Of a stretch of DNA of 64,000 nt, positions 62,447-64,000 are shown piece after piece. Within the stretch, counting starts at the first letter, position 1. Each line of letters opens with the position of its first letter. The stretch is from Minisyncoccota bacterium. GTDB lineage: Bacteria > Patescibacteriota > Minisyncoccia > Phycocordibacterales > UBA6899. Where the stretch lies: the NCBI GenBank assembly GCA_035583355.1, contig DATEZQ010000003.1:1844-65843 (forward strand), read 5' to 3'. The position numbers and the translations under genes are program-made. Below the pieces are notes generated by a model. That model was not told the origin of the DNA. It saw nothing but the letters and a program-made list of their open reading frames with translations, and searched no databases.

Positions 62447-63988
62447 TCATAATTCTTTTACCATATAGGTACCTTCGAGATAATAGCCTAACTTCTCGTA
62501 GTATTTGCGTACACCTACGCCAGCAATGATTGCGAGTTTCTTTGCACCATGTTCACGTGCGATTTCTTCTGCGCGCGCAATTAACCGTCGCCCAAATCCT
62601 ACATGTTGTGACTGGGTTCCCTCTGCCCCCACACGAGTATGCTGTCCATACGTATGGAGTTCACGAATGAGTGCTGCACCAAGCAGTTCAGGAAGCGGTG
62701 CACTACCGAAATCATTCGGGATACGCAGACGTGTAAACGACGCAAGCTTCCCACCCAACGGATCATCTTTTTCGAAAGAGAGAAAATACTCCTTTCCATG
62801 CGTCGTTTCAAAACCACGTTCTATTAGTTCGTAATCATCTGCGCATACTTCCGACTCGCGCACCTCGCGGCAGCGAATGCATTTGCAGTACCATCCGTGC
62901 TCATGCATATCCTGCGCGATAACCTCACGAAGGTTCGAGATCTTGCTCCCCGCTTCGATATGTCCTGCAGGAATATCACGAACCACGCGCTGTATGCGTA
63001 CATAATGTGGTACAGCTTTCTTTGCACCAATGAGCACCTTCGCGAGCTCCCCATCGGTATACGGACGAAACTCTCCTCGCAGGTATTCGTCATACAGCTC
63101 GGTGGTTTTGAGTACCATGCACGGATAGATCTTCAGCATGTCAGGCTGAAAGTCCTTGCCGCTAAATAGGTCGGCAAACATTGAAACATCGCGCTCAGGG
63201 GTTGAGCCAGGAAGATTTGGCATCATATGATACACCAACTTAAAACCCGCATCACGAAGCCGCTCAGTTGCAGTGATAACACGCTCTATCTTCATATCAC
63301 GTTTAGTCTTTTGAAGTACCGCATCATCAAGATGCTGTACCCCCATCTCGACTTTCGTCACTCCAAGCATGCGCATACGCGCAATCTCGAAGTCTGTAAT
63401 ATAATCTGGCCTCGTCTCTATCGAAAGTCCGATGACACGGGCATGCGCTGTTTCATTACGAGATTGCAATAAGGTGATATACGCACGCATATCTTCATAT
63501 TGTTCGGTACGTGAATCATTTCCCGTCGCCCAATCATTGCAGGCGCGGTATGCTCCAATGAGAAATTCTTCCTGATATACCGGATGATAAAAGCTCCAGG
63601 TTCCCCCGATGACAATCATTTCAATCTTGTCGACGGGGTGCCCATTAGCAACAAGTGCAGCAAGACGTGTCGTCACTTGCCGATATGCATCAAATTCATT
63701 AGCCAAGGCCCTGGCCGCCGCAGGCTCATCCGCCAAATAGCTCTTTGGCATACGAACATCATTCGGGCAATACGTGCAACGTCCTGGACATGCATAAGGT
63801 TTAGTGAGAATTGATACGACCGCTACACCAGAATTCGACTTTGTGCGCATCTTGCGAAGCAACTGGTCCACGAGTGGATTTGCTGACTCTACCCCATCAC
63901 GCACAAGATACTCATAAAGCTGCCGCAGTTCCGCAGTCGAGGGCATCATAAATGCATCAATGCGGCGCGATCCCCCTTTGGTATACAA
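62447..63988 (-). CDS. elp3: Elp3-family radical SAM / GNAT protein (tRNA uridine-34 acetyltransferase-like)
   Basis: Radical SAM CxxxCxxC in YACPGRCTYCP, central Elp3 region, C-terminal GNAT acetyltransferase domain (HGAKKLAIIAGVGVRKYYEKLGY); about 500 aa. The start may be the internal Met MMPSTAEL. Confidence 0.8.
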   Translation of the reverse strand: MYTKGGSRRIDAFMMPSTAELRQLYEYLVRDGVESANPLVDQLLRKMRTKSNSGVAVVSILTKPYACPGRCTYCPNDVRMPKSYLADEPAAARALANEFDAYRQVTTRLAALVANGHPVDKIEMIVIGGTWSFYHPVYQEEFLIGAYRACNDWATGNDSRTEQYEDMRAYITLLQSRNETAHARVIGLSIETRPDYITDFEIARMRMLGVTKVEMGVQHLDDAVLQKTKRDMKIERVITATERLRDAGFKLVYHMMPNLPGSTPERDVSMFADLFSGKDFQPDMLKIYPCMVLKTTELYDEYLRGEFRPYTDGELAKVLIGAKKAVPHYVRIQRVVRDIPAGHIEAGSKISNLREVIAQDMHEHGWYCKCIRCREVRESEVCADDYELIERGFETTHGKEYFLSFEKDDPLGGKLASFTRLRIPNDFGSAPLPELLGAALIRELHTYGQHTRVGAEGTQSQHVGFGRRLIARAEEIAREHGAKKLAIIAGVGVRKYYEKLGYYLEGTYMVKEL

Positions 63989-64000
63989 GGCTTTCCCCCG

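Overview
This 64 kb window is a dense bacterial chromosomal segment whose gene content suggests a small-genome, CPR/Patescibacteria-like organism. It carries type IV pilin and pilMNO genes, a phosphoketolase-acetate kinase pair, an Elp3 homolog, a ThyX-like protein and many short hypothetical membrane proteins.

Most of the window is housekeeping: ileS, argS, tmk, the secE-nusG-rplK cluster, ndk, murD/murB/murA and a murE-like Mur ligase, sufS-sufU, rplS, rpsT, ruvA, ruvX, rnhB, recO, tex, nadK, gmhA, RNA-modification enzymes and a PadR-PspC stress pair. I can support eight tRNA genes read directly from the sequence: His-GTG, Leu-GAG, Leu-CAG, Arg-TCT, Val-TAC, Ser-TGA, Arg-GCG and Lys-TTT.

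The most unusual signal is a family of GC-rich, hairpin-rich repeat elements of about 150-350 nt, one immediately downstream of every tRNA gene. Each element begins, just past the tRNA terminator, with an inverted partial copy of that tRNA's own 3' end (T-loop, 3' T-stem strand and 3' acceptor strand). It ends with a direct partial copy of the same tRNA 3' end, so the terminal repeats differ from locus to locus while the cores are shared. The cores fall into two sequence families, and tRNA-less fragments plus a tandem-repeat module occur elsewhere in the window. I could not place this architecture in any feature class I know; it looks like either a tRNA-trailer-associated structured RNA system or a target-templated, non-autonomous mobile element family.

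Second most notable is ileS, which carries an in-frame insertion of about 200 aa with clear histidine-phosphatase (phosphoglycerate-mutase family) motifs, sitting between the two Cys pairs of the IleRS zinc knuckle.

Other oddities:
- MurA is fused to an N-terminal XRE-type HTH domain.
- An L,D-transpeptidase is fused to a DacA-like domain that has lost its catalytic Ser and Lys.
- A 505 aa ThyX-like protein has lost the first RHR motif.
- A secreted Cys-rich repeat protein runs off the window start.
- There are several compositional islets, AT-rich or GC-rich, next to tRNAs.

No CRISPR array, rRNA, transposase or integrase genes were seen.
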